A DNA stretch of 32,000 nt from Candidatus Saccharimonadota bacterium (GTDB lineage Bacteria; Patescibacteriota; Saccharimonadia; Saccharimonadales; Saccharimonadaceae), in contig NZ_CP045921.1 of NCBI RefSeq assembly GCF_025273655.1, forward strand, positions 450,001 to 482,000, in the 5' to 3' direction. This document shows positions 24,797-32,000 of the stretch, piece by piece (the first letter of the stretch is position 1; the number at the start of each line of letters is the position of its first letter). The notes below the pieces were generated by a model. It saw only the letters and a program-made list of their open reading frames with translations, searched no databases and was not told the DNA's origin. A program made the position numbers and the translations under genes.

Positions 24797-26107
24797 TCAC
24801 GTCTGTGGTTTCTTGTTGAGAATTACCAAATGCTCGATATGTGGTGTACGCGGGAAGAAATTATATCCCTGATGCCAGCGAATACCATACACTTCGGCGA
24901 GCCGAGCGATGTCGCGCGCTTGGGTGACAGGGTTACAGCTGAGGTAGATGATACGATCGGGTGCAGCCTCGAGCAGTTTTGCGATGACATCTTCATGCAG
25001 TCCGGCGCGAGGCGGATCAACGATGATGGTGGTATCACTTGTAATATAGTCGAGAGCTTTTTCGCTCGCAGCCAAGACGGCTTTGGCGCTGTCGGTTCGG
25101 TCCAGTTCGGCAATATTGCGCTCCATCTCGCGTACGGCATGCTCGTTGACTTCCACAAGTGTCACGTTGTTACCGCCAATAGTGAGGCCGATCGTTCCTA
25201 CCCCGCTATACATATCGACTGCTGGTTTGCCATCTGGTACCCACTCGCCCATGTCGCGCAGTGCTTGCTCGTAAACTGGTAGATTAATCTGGAAAAAGCC
25301 TTCTGTCGCATAGCGGAACGGCACATCGAGAATCGTGTCGTCAAGCACAATAGTCGAGCCACTGTACAGTCGCTTGGTGATCACGCTTGCAGGGCTTTTG
25401 GGGTTGGAGTAGATAATTTCGCCAGACTGGGCTAGGTTGCCGAGTGCAGGCACGAGCGATGCTACGTCAAAATCTTCGTTTTTGACATAAAGTTGCCATG
25501 CAGTCTGCCCCGCCCTATTACTACGAATGAGGAGTGTTTTGAGGTCGCGGCCACCGATTTGCTGGGCGTTCAGTACTGCAAGTATCTGTCGTGACACTGC
25601 AGTGATGGCTGGCGAGGCAAGACTTGTGGCTTCGATCGCAATTTTGCCGTGGCTGCCCCGCCGGAAAAAAGCCAGACTAAGCTGCTCTGTCGCGGTATCG
25701 AACCAAAAGCTGTACTCCACCTTGTTGCGGTACTCGTACTCCACGCTGTCACTGTAGGTGGTGATAGGCTGCGGCAGCACGATATCGTGAAGCTCGAATG
25801 CTTCTTCGATTAGGGCGGATTTGTAGTGCTCCTCAGATGCAAAATCCATGATCTGCCACGGGCTGGTGCTCAGGTAACTATCTGGATCGCGTGGTGTGAC
25901 ACGCTCCGAGGATGTATTGAGTACTTCTGTGACGATTCCCTCTACATAAGAGGACTTGGCTTTAGTGGGTTGTACGACTACTTTCTCGCCGGGCAAGCCA
26001 CCCCATACCAGGCATTTCTTGCCACTGTCTAGTGTGCCAATGGTCTGGCCTCCACCTACGATATGGCTGAGCGTGATTTCTACGGAGTTGAGCGTTTTCT
26101 TGGTCAT
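24797..26107 (-). CDS. SAM-dependent RNA (uracil-5)-methyltransferase, RumA/RlmD/TrmA family
   Basis: 436 aa. It has an N-terminal TRAM-like barrel, the SAM motif VDMYSGVGTIGL, VDPPRAGL, and the catalytic-Cys motif IIYLSCNPVTQARD. There is no Fe-S cysteine cluster. Confidence 0.9.
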   Translation of the reverse strand: MTKKTLNSVEITLSHIVGGGQTIGTLDSGKKCLVWGGLPGEKVVVQPTKAKSSYVEGIVTEVLNTSSERVTPRDPDSYLSTSPWQIMDFASEEHYKSALIEEAFELHDIVLPQPITTYSDSVEYEYRNKVEYSFWFDTATEQLSLAFFRRGSHGKIAIEATSLASPAITAVSRQILAVLNAQQIGGRDLKTLLIRSNRAGQTAWQLYVKNEDFDVASLVPALGNLAQSGEIIYSNPKSPASVITKRLYSGSTIVLDDTILDVPFRYATEGFFQINLPVYEQALRDMGEWVPDGKPAVDMYSGVGTIGLTIGGNNVTLVEVNEHAVREMERNIAELDRTDSAKAVLAASEKALDYITSDTTIIVDPPRAGLHEDVIAKLLEAAPDRIIYLSCNPVTQARDIARLAEVYGIRWHQGYNFFPRTPHIEHLVILNKKPQT

Positions 26108-26115
26108 TGTTACTC

Positions 26116-26123
26116 ATTATACA
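26116..26123 (-). promoter_or_regulatory. -10 box TGTATAAT (minus strand) for the methyltransferase, leaderless-type
   Basis: The complement of 26116-26123 reads TGTATAAT and ends 8 nt before ATG 26107. Confidence 0.45.
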
Positions 26124-26169
26124 CTATAGCTTAAGAGGAAATATAATTGCCTATAAGTACATAAAGTGA

Positions 26170-26492
26170 TAAAATGAGTCTTTGTGCCCGACGACGCGCA
26201 GCAAGACGGCGCCTTATCGTAAATTTAAAAGATAGAAGGTAATGTGAAGCACTTTGTGAACTCCAATCCGGAGTTCAAAGAAGCGCTCAACAATGCTTCC
26301 GTGACCCTGCCGGTACCCCTTACCGATGCCTTAAGTGAGTCTCGGTAGCTATAAGGTAACCATACCTCAACTGCCAATACCACGGTAATCTCACTCCCAT
26401 CTATCACACTGCTCACTTCCAGATACACCCGTCTGAAGGCGGGTAGCTAAGCCCTCAGCGCTGACTCATTGACGGGGGCTATTTTTATTTTA
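26170..26492 (+). ncRNA. candidate ~320-nt structured RNA of unassigned class
   Basis: No credible ORF. A closing helix pairs AATGAGTC (26173-26180) with GACTCATT (26463-26470). At least six internal hairpins are present: 26258-26276, 26280-26299, 26311-26325, 26354-26367, 26334-26339/26390-26395 and 26427-26444. The element ends in ATTTTTATTTT. Strand assignment is tentative. Confidence 0.4.
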
Positions 26493-26507
26493 AACGTAAC
26501 AATAATA

Positions 26508-26536
26508 TTGACAAAATATAAAAACTATGATAGTAT
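26508..26536 (+). promoter_or_regulatory. sigma70-like promoter (TTGACA-17-TGaTAGTAT)
   Basis: TTGACA at 26508-26513, a 17-nt spacer, and TAGTAT at 26531-26536 preceded by TGA. GGAGA SD lies before ATG 26572. Confidence 0.55.
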
Positions 26537-26571
26537 GATATCAAATTCCTATAACTTCGTGGAGATAGAGT

Positions 26572-28650
26572 ATGGAAAATAGTTCGAAATTAGTCACAAA
26601 GGATATCACCCCATCTGGTGATTTCAAAAATGCTGAAGATGAAGCCATTAAGTCTTACGCTAATCAAGGCATCACAAACATTGAACAGTATTTAGAAGAT
26701 GAGGCGGCTGAGAGTAATAATACCGCCGCAGGGCACCTCCATCGCGCGCTTGAGGCTCGCTACGACATTTCAGGTGTGGTTTATAGCCAGAATGATCAAA
26801 ATCGTTATGACATGCACACAACCGAAATCATTACTAAATTGAGTGATGCTGACATGGCTTTTGCAAGTATGGACGATGCTGCGCGTGAAGTTTTTGGCAA
26901 AGGTGTGGCAGCTGCACTTTATAATCACAGCACCGAGGAATCAAAGACTACTGCGCTGCGTGAAGTAATATCTCTCTATCGCGAGTCCCATGCTGCTCAG
27001 CAAAACTCTATTGAAACACCCGAAGCAGTAGAAGAGAATACTCACGAGACATCTCCAGACGAAAAACGTGCTAAACTCGGCAAGTTTTCATTAAGCCGTA
27101 TGTATTGGTATGCACATGCCCGTATGGCTGAAAGCGCCGAAAAATCGTATGAAAAATACTCAGCCAAAGAAGACGATTCTCGTGCGAAACGCATAGGCAA
27201 ATATATTATGCGCAACAAGGTTCCTTTGGCGATGCTTACGATGATGAGCGGATCTGCTGCCTCTAAGTGGGCTGTTGAGACAGGTGCTCTGCACGATTTG
27301 ATTCCAATGCCAAGCAACTACGATCAGGCTCATGAGATTGTTCAACAGTCGGATATTCGTCTTGCGGCAAATGCAAATATTATTGTTCCTACAAATGGAC
27401 GTGGCGGTGGTAATACGCCAAACGCAGTACCACTTCTCGGTGCATTAGGTGGAAAAAATGCCCACATAGAAGGTGTCACTTACCCTGGTGCGATTCAGAC
27501 ACTCGTGACTCCGGAAGATTCACATACACTTGATCAATCTGTGACTATTGCTAGTAATAAGCAGTATGATATTTACGAGAAGAACCCAGGCCAAAAAATC
27601 ACCTATGTCGGTTATTCGGAAGGTGGTGTAACACAAACCGTTACAGAAGCTCGTATTCGTAAGGCAAACGGTGGAGAACTCCCTGCCAATGTGCATTTCG
27701 TCTACATAGGAACACCTGGCGTTGAGGGCGGTGCATCAGAAAATCCCTATTGGGACGCGATTCCAGCTGCGATCAAAAAGTCTCAAGGCATAGAGAGTTT
27801 CGGTAATAAATCTGAAGGTGGCCCAAACGTACACTACTATAAAAACGAAAGCGATTTCTGGGCAGCAGCTAGCTCAGCCTCGCCTATTGATATGGCAGAT
27901 AAAGCGGTCGGCACGGCATTTGGTGGCACGCATGGTGCCTATGGAGGGAACATTCCTAGCACTACGGAACGTAACACGGACGGTTCATTGACAACTACCT
28001 ACCATGGCGGCAACAATGTTGTAAATGGCTACAGGTTGCGTAGCGGTATCGCGAATGCGCTGTATCAAAATCAGCATATCCCTGTCACGAAAGAAATGGA
28101 TGAAGCAATTCTTGCGATGCGAGGTGACGAAAACGGCAACTATAACGCAGCTAAGATTACGGACACGCTCGCAAAGGCTGCTGAGCGCCAGCAGCCTGGT
28201 ACCGGTAATTTTGTTCGTACTGCTTTGGGGCCTGTATTATCGCAGGAGCTAGTAGATGCTGCCACTAAAGTACAGAATGCGGCTCCAAAAGCGATCGCCG
28301 AGATTACCAACCCAGGAGCTTCTATGGGCGGAACGACCGAGCTGTCGACAGCACTTACAGACGGTGTGAAGACTATAAGTGATGCACTGACTGGTCACAA
28401 TACAGCTCCATCTACAGAAGTTGCCACCGCACCAGCAGCTTCTATACCCGCCTATACTGCCCCTTCTGCACCGGTCCTGAATAATACTGCACCCGCTCAG
28501 ATGCAACAGCCAATACAACAGTTTACACAACAGGCAGCACCGATAGTAGAGCAGTTTACTGCACAAGTAGAGAAAGCAGTACCCCAATTAGCACCTCAAA
28601 TTGCTCAAGGCAAGGCAGCTCTTAGCCAGTTCGGTATACGTCTCCCTTAG
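26572..28650 (+). CDS. large serine hydrolase, PE-PPE/cutinase-like core (GYSEG) with long N-terminal extension and P/A/Q-rich tail
   Basis: 692 aa. The core carries VTYPGA, ITYVGYSEGGVTQTV, NESDFW and GGTHGAYGG. The N-terminal ~230 aa are hydrophilic and of no family I recognise. The C-terminal ~120 aa are A/P/Q/T-rich. Confidence 0.8.
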   Translation: MENSSKLVTKDITPSGDFKNAEDEAIKSYANQGITNIEQYLEDEAAESNNTAAGHLHRALEARYDISGVVYSQNDQNRYDMHTTEIITKLSDADMAFASMDDAAREVFGKGVAAALYNHSTEESKTTALREVISLYRESHAAQQNSIETPEAVEENTHETSPDEKRAKLGKFSLSRMYWYAHARMAESAEKSYEKYSAKEDDSRAKRIGKYIMRNKVPLAMLTMMSGSAASKWAVETGALHDLIPMPSNYDQAHEIVQQSDIRLAANANIIVPTNGRGGGNTPNAVPLLGALGGKNAHIEGVTYPGAIQTLVTPEDSHTLDQSVTIASNKQYDIYEKNPGQKITYVGYSEGGVTQTVTEARIRKANGGELPANVHFVYIGTPGVEGGASENPYWDAIPAAIKKSQGIESFGNKSEGGPNVHYYKNESDFWAAASSASPIDMADKAVGTAFGGTHGAYGGNIPSTTERNTDGSLTTTYHGGNNVVNGYRLRSGIANALYQNQHIPVTKEMDEAILAMRGDENGNYNAAKITDTLAKAAERQQPGTGNFVRTALGPVLSQELVDAATKVQNAAPKAIAEITNPGASMGGTTELSTALTDGVKTISDALTGHNTAPSTEVATAPAASIPAYTAPSAPVLNNTAPAQMQQPIQQFTQQAAPIVEQFTAQVEKAVPQLAPQIAQGKAALSQFGIRLP

Positions 28651-28672
28651 CGCATTCTAAGTATAAAAGCAA

Positions 28673-28699
28673 ATCGCCGCCCCATACAGGAGCGGCGAT
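28673..28699. terminator. hairpin terminator between convergent genes
   Basis: ATCGCCGC (28673-28680) pairs with GCGGCGAT (28692-28699). The minus strand has the T-tract TTGCTTTTATAC; the plus-strand side is A-rich upstream. Confidence 0.6.
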
Positions 28700-28734
28700 A
28701 TTGCGTGCTCAAACTGCTGGCGGCGGCGGAGTGC

Positions 28735-29076
28735 CTAGTTAGGCGCGACCCAATTCCTGTCAAACAGGCTGACGAATGCTGCGGCATCGTTCAAGGCTTC
28801 CTGCTGCTCCGCTGTGCGTCGGTGTGGGCGGCATGTGTCCACAAGATGTTTGTAGACAAGCTTAAGCCCTTCGGCGTCGTAGCTAGCACGCCGACTCACG
28901 TGATCTTTAGTGTGCTGTATCACGTATGCACGCTGAGACGGAAACAGGTTCGCCAGACGCTTTTCAAGCGAGGCGAGGCGGGAAGCCTCAGAATCTACCG
29001 GCTTGAGCTCCATCACATTTGTGCGACGGGGTTCAAATATCATACTAAGCTCCATTGCTTGAGTGATGTTGGTCAA
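28735..29076 (-). CDS. hypothetical protein (113 aa, or 106 aa from ATG 29055)
   Basis: The ORF's first codon is TTG at 29076, about where the upstream promoter would start transcription. The first ATG is at 29055. Confidence 0.55.
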   Translation of the reverse strand: MTNITQAMELSMIFEPRRTNVMELKPVDSEASRLASLEKRLANLFPSQRAYVIQHTKDHVSRRASYDAEGLKLVYKHLVDTCRPHRRTAEQQEALNDAAAFVSLFDRNWVAPN

Positions 29077-29081
29077 TACTA

Positions 29082-29111
29082 ATTATATCATGCAAAATAA
29101 TCTTTTGTCAA
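29082..29111 (-). promoter_or_regulatory. sigma70-like promoter (minus strand: TTGACA-18-TGaTATAAT)
   Basis: The complement of 29106-29111 reads TTGACA and the complement of 29082-29090 reads TGATATAAT. It sits back-to-back with the glgB promoter. Confidence 0.55.
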
Positions 29112-29113
29112 TC

Positions 29114-29122
29114 TGTTACAAT
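29114..29122 (+). promoter_or_regulatory. extended -10 TGtTACAAT for glgB, leaderless-type
   Basis: TGTTACAAT at 29114-29122 ends 7 nt before ATG 29130. Confidence 0.5.
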
Positions 29123-29129
29123 ACTACTA

Positions 29130-31088
29130 ATGGTTAAAAAACTCATGCAACTCGACCCCTGGCTTGAGCCATATGGCGACAAGCTCAAGGCGCGTCACTG
29201 GCATATCTTAGAAAATTCGCGCCGTATCTTGGGTGGAAAATCCGCGACCGAATTCGCGTTAGGATATCTATACTACGGCCGGCACCGCACCGACGGTGGC
29301 TGGATCATGCGCGAATGGGCACCGCATGCGAACAAGATCGTCCTTGTCGGTGATTTCTGCGACTGGCAAGATGACGCGCGATACGAATTCACCCGCGACG
29401 GAGGCGATTGGCTCTTGGAGTTACCCGACAAGCTACTGCAGCACGGTGATAACTATAAACTGCACGTCTACTGGGACGGCGGCGATGGCTACCGTATCCC
29501 TGCGTATGCGCGCTACGTTGTACAAGACGACGAGACGAAGCTTTTTGCCGCGCAGATTTGGCAGCCGAAGCAAGAATTCAAGTGGACGGACCGTGGCTTT
29601 CGGTCACCCGCCGATCCTCCGCTCATCTACGAAGCACACGTGGGCATGAGTAGCGAGCGCGAAGAAGTTGCTAGCTATGCCTACTTCACACGCGAAGTGC
29701 TGCCCCGTATCAAGAGAGTCGGCTATAATACTGTGCAGCTCATGGCCGTGGCCGAACACCCCTACTATGGCAGCTTTGGGTATCATGTTGCCAACTATTT
29801 CGCCCCTAGCTCACGCTTTGGCACGCCAGACGAGCTCAAGGCACTCGTCAACACGGCGCACGCTATGGGACTGCGTGTGATCATGGATATCGTACACTCG
29901 CACTCGGTGAAGAATGAGGCCGAAGGTCTAAGTCGGTTTGACGGTAGCTACAGTCAGTACTTCCATGAGGGTGAGCGCGGACATCATCGCCAATGGGATT
30001 CGCGTACATTTGACTACGGTAAGCCCGAGGTAGCGCATTTTCTCCTCAGCAACGTGCGCTATTGGCTCGACGAATACCATTTCGACGGCTACCGTTTCGA
30101 CGGCGTGACAAGCATGCTCTACTATAGTCACGGCCTAGAGAAATCATATAGTAGCTACGATGACTACTTCGATGGCGATGTAGATCTCGATGCACTCACC
30201 TATCTCACGCTCGCAAACGCCGTAGTGCACGGGGTAAAGAAGCATGCTATTACTATCGCTGAAGACATGAGTGCGCTGCCTGGTCTCGCCGCTCCTATAG
30301 ATGTCGATGGTATTGGGTTCGACTACCGCCTGAGCATGGGGGTGCCTGATCTCTGGATCAAAACACTCAAGGAGAAGAAGGATGAAGATTGGGATCTCAC
30401 GCATTTGCTTCACGAGCTCACCGCACATCGGCCAGAGGAGCGGACGATTAGCTACGCCGAGAGTCACGATCAAGCGCTCGTGGGCGACAAAACGCTGATA
30501 TTTCGCCTGGCGGACGCCGATATGTACGACCACATGCTGGCGAGCGACACCGATCTAGTAGTGGAGCGCGCGGTCGCCTTGCATAAGCTCATCCGGTTGC
30601 TTACTGCTAGTACGCATAGTGGTGGCTATCTCACGTTTATGGGCAACGAATACGGGCATCCGGAGTGGATCGATTTTCCGCGTCCAGGCAACGGGTGGTC
30701 ATACCAGTATGCGCGCCGCCAATGGAGCTTGGCAGACGATGCGAACTTGAAGTATTCGCAGCTTGGTAGCTTCGACCAGGCACTCACGACACTCCTGCGC
30801 GATGTAGACGGCGAGGTGGATTACCGCTATATCCACCAGGGCGACGGTGTGCTGTCGTATATGCGTGGCAACTATCTGTTTGCCTATAATTTCTCGCCTG
30901 CCCAGTCGTATACAGACTACGGAGTGCCTGCACCAAATGGCAAATATACCGCGGTACTCTCGAGCGACAGTAAGGAGTTTGGCGGCCAGGGTCGCGTCGA
31001 TAGCCATGTCGCTTACATGGCCACTTCTGGCCAGCTCATGCTGTACCTGCCTGCACGCACAGCCTTAGTACTACGCCGGGATAAATAG
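29130..31088 (+). CDS. glgB: 1,4-alpha-glucan branching enzyme, GH13 (eukaryote-like GH13_8 motif set)
   Basis: 652 aa with REWAPHANKIVLVGDFCDWQ and the four GH13 regions: MDIVHSHS (I), GYRFDGVTSMLY (II), ITIAEDMSALPG (III) and YAESHDQALVGDKT (IV). Confidence 0.92.
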   Translation: MVKKLMQLDPWLEPYGDKLKARHWHILENSRRILGGKSATEFALGYLYYGRHRTDGGWIMREWAPHANKIVLVGDFCDWQDDARYEFTRDGGDWLLELPDKLLQHGDNYKLHVYWDGGDGYRIPAYARYVVQDDETKLFAAQIWQPKQEFKWTDRGFRSPADPPLIYEAHVGMSSEREEVASYAYFTREVLPRIKRVGYNTVQLMAVAEHPYYGSFGYHVANYFAPSSRFGTPDELKALVNTAHAMGLRVIMDIVHSHSVKNEAEGLSRFDGSYSQYFHEGERGHHRQWDSRTFDYGKPEVAHFLLSNVRYWLDEYHFDGYRFDGVTSMLYYSHGLEKSYSSYDDYFDGDVDLDALTYLTLANAVVHGVKKHAITIAEDMSALPGLAAPIDVDGIGFDYRLSMGVPDLWIKTLKEKKDEDWDLTHLLHELTAHRPEERTISYAESHDQALVGDKTLIFRLADADMYDHMLASDTDLVVERAVALHKLIRLLTASTHSGGYLTFMGNEYGHPEWIDFPRPGNGWSYQYARRQWSLADDANLKYSQLGSFDQALTTLLRDVDGEVDYRYIHQGDGVLSYMRGNYLFAYNFSPAQSYTDYGVPAPNGKYTAVLSSDSKEFGGQGRVDSHVAYMATSGQLMLYLPARTALVLRRDK

Positions 31089-31144
31089 GAGTGTGACGAG
31101 TGATGCCGCGATCACTCTTCGCATAAATATTTATCGTGGTTGAG

Positions 31145-31176
31145 TCCGTCACCCGAGCGTACGCTCGGGTGACGGA
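31145..31176. terminator. perfect 32-nt palindrome between convergent glgB and the protease gene
   Basis: TCCGTCACCCGAGCG-TA-CGCTCGGGTGACGGA spans 31145-31176. There is no convincing T-tract on either strand. Confidence 0.5.
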
Positions 31177-31196
31177 GATCACCCAACCTCTTCTCG

Positions 31197-31889
31197 TCAG
31201 CCGACGAGCTCGTAGTCTGCTCGAGTGGCGACACTAGCGCCATCGGGCACAGGTATGCCTAGAGCACGAGCTGCACTGAGGGCTGCGTCGATCAGAGATG
31301 GTGAGCCGCTGATGATGCCGACGACTTCGTCGTTAGCATCAATCACCGGCGAGCCGGAGTCGAATGGCGTGACAGCCATGCCCTTGATGACGATCCCGAA
31401 CTTGGTGATTGCAACGACGGTGCCGCACTGGCGGACCTTGTTGGCAATTCCGTGGCCGTGTTTGCACACAGTGGAACCGTGGCGCGGCTGTCCGACGCCT
31501 TTGACCGGCACCTCGTCGCGTACGATAACGTTCGGCGCCATCTGTACGGTGGCGATGTCGGCGTAATTGGCACTCACACCACTTCCGTCTGGGTAGGTAG
31601 TGCTGCGAATGACTGTGCCGACATACTGGCCGTTGGCATCGGTGATTCTGTCATTGACTTTGCCACAGTGACCTGCGAAATCAAAAGTCCTGCCACTGAC
31701 AGTGGCGACGTTGCAGCCGCCCCCGCCCTGGGGGATGACCTTGACACCGACGCCAATCACAGGTGCAGGTGCGGCACTTGCCTCGCCTGCACCGTGGGAA
31801 ATAGCGCCGATCAGTCCGACGAGAATTGCTGCGCCGATCAGTCCGACGAGCCACGCTCGAATACTTCTGGCACTGACAATGGGAATCAT
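31197..31889 (-). CDS. secreted S1-family (chymotrypsin/streptogrisin-like) serine protease
   Basis: 230 aa with AAGGAG upstream and an N-terminal signal/anchor. Candidate catalytic triad: FAGHCG (His), ANYADIATV (Asp) and PFDSGSPV (Ser). Confidence 0.85.
   Translation of the reverse strand: MIPIVSARSIRAWLVGLIGAAILVGLIGAISHGAGEASAAPAPVIGVGVKVIPQGGGGCNVATVSGRTFDFAGHCGKVNDRITDANGQYVGTVIRSTTYPDGSGVSANYADIATVQMAPNVIVRDEVPVKGVGQPRHGSTVCKHGHGIANKVRQCGTVVAITKFGIVIKGMAVTPFDSGSPVIDANDEVVGIISGSPSLIDAALSAARALGIPVPDGASVATRADYELVG
31804..31850 (-). repeat. perfect 20-bp direct repeat with 27-bp period inside the protease signal peptide
   Basis: GCGCCGATCAGTCCGACGAG occurs at 31804-31823 and again at 31831-31850. 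It encodes the duplicated LVGLIGA(A/I) core. Confidence 0.9.
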
Positions 31890-31981
31890 GACTTCTCCTT
31901 GAGAGTTGGTTGGGTGATTTGTTAACGAGCAATGGAAGAGGGTAGCTGGCTGCTACTCAACACTCTCTCACTCATGAATTA

Positions 31982-31990
31982 ATTATAGCA
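31982..31990 (-). promoter_or_regulatory. extended -10 TGcTATAAT (minus strand) for the protease gene
   Basis: The complement of 31982-31990 reads TGCTATAAT, about 90 nt upstream of ATG 31889. Confidence 0.5.
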
Positions 31991-32000
31991 TAAGTATAAT

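Noticed and set aside
26236-26280. Resemblance of AGAAGGTAATGTGAAGC...GTGAACTCCAATCCGGAGTTCAAAG to RNase P RNA conserved regions (AGGUAAGGGUGAAA and GUAAACUCCACCCGGAGCAAG).
   Set aside because: The universally conserved P4 strands (GAGGAAAGUCCGGGC and ACAGAAnnnGGCUUA) are absent from 26.1-26.5 kb on either strand. The CTCC...GGAG segment is simply a local 7-bp hairpin.
26225-26428. A 67-aa minus-strand ORF inside the candidate RNA element.
   Set aside because: It has no SD or promoter context, its composition is unremarkable, and it spans several strong hairpins.

Overview
This 32-kb window is a compact, gene-dense bacterial chromosome segment. From the FTIVELLIV-type pilin, the TGnTATAAT promoters set against start codons, and the gene content, I guess a Saccharibacteria/CPR-like small-genome lineage. 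That assignment is inference only. Left to right the window contains: a membrane-protein fragment; msrA; two adjacent GYSQG (PE-PPE/cutinase-like) serine hydrolases; a small hypothetical gene; and a tail-fibre-like protein fused to an SGNH esterase. Next comes a complete F1Fo ATP synthase operon (atpI/Z-B-E-F-H-A-G-D, then C). It carries two extra translationally coupled small ORFs, one between atpA and atpG and one between atpG and atpD, plus a terminator and a private promoter in front of atpC. After that: a lipoprotein/secreted-protein pair; a protein with a beta/zeta-carbonic-anhydrase-like CxDxR...H-x9-C motif; a type IV pilin; and dus. A ~0.8-kb ORF-poor, hairpin-dense locus follows, holding three tRNA-shaped but non-canonical cloverleaves around a 51-codon ORF. 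The rest is a UvrD-type helicase fused to a RecB-type nuclease, an alpha/beta hydrolase, two hypotheticals, a RumA/TrmA-type RNA methyltransferase, a ~320-nt candidate structured RNA, a 692-aa third GYSEG hydrolase, a GH13_8-type branching enzyme and an S1 protease. I saw no rRNA, CRISPR array, transposase or integrase. The signals I rate highest are the non-canonical tRNA-like cluster (18.3-19.1 kb), the unassigned structured RNA (26.17-26.49 kb) and the remodelled ATP synthase operon. All RNA folds were done by eye and need computational confirmation.
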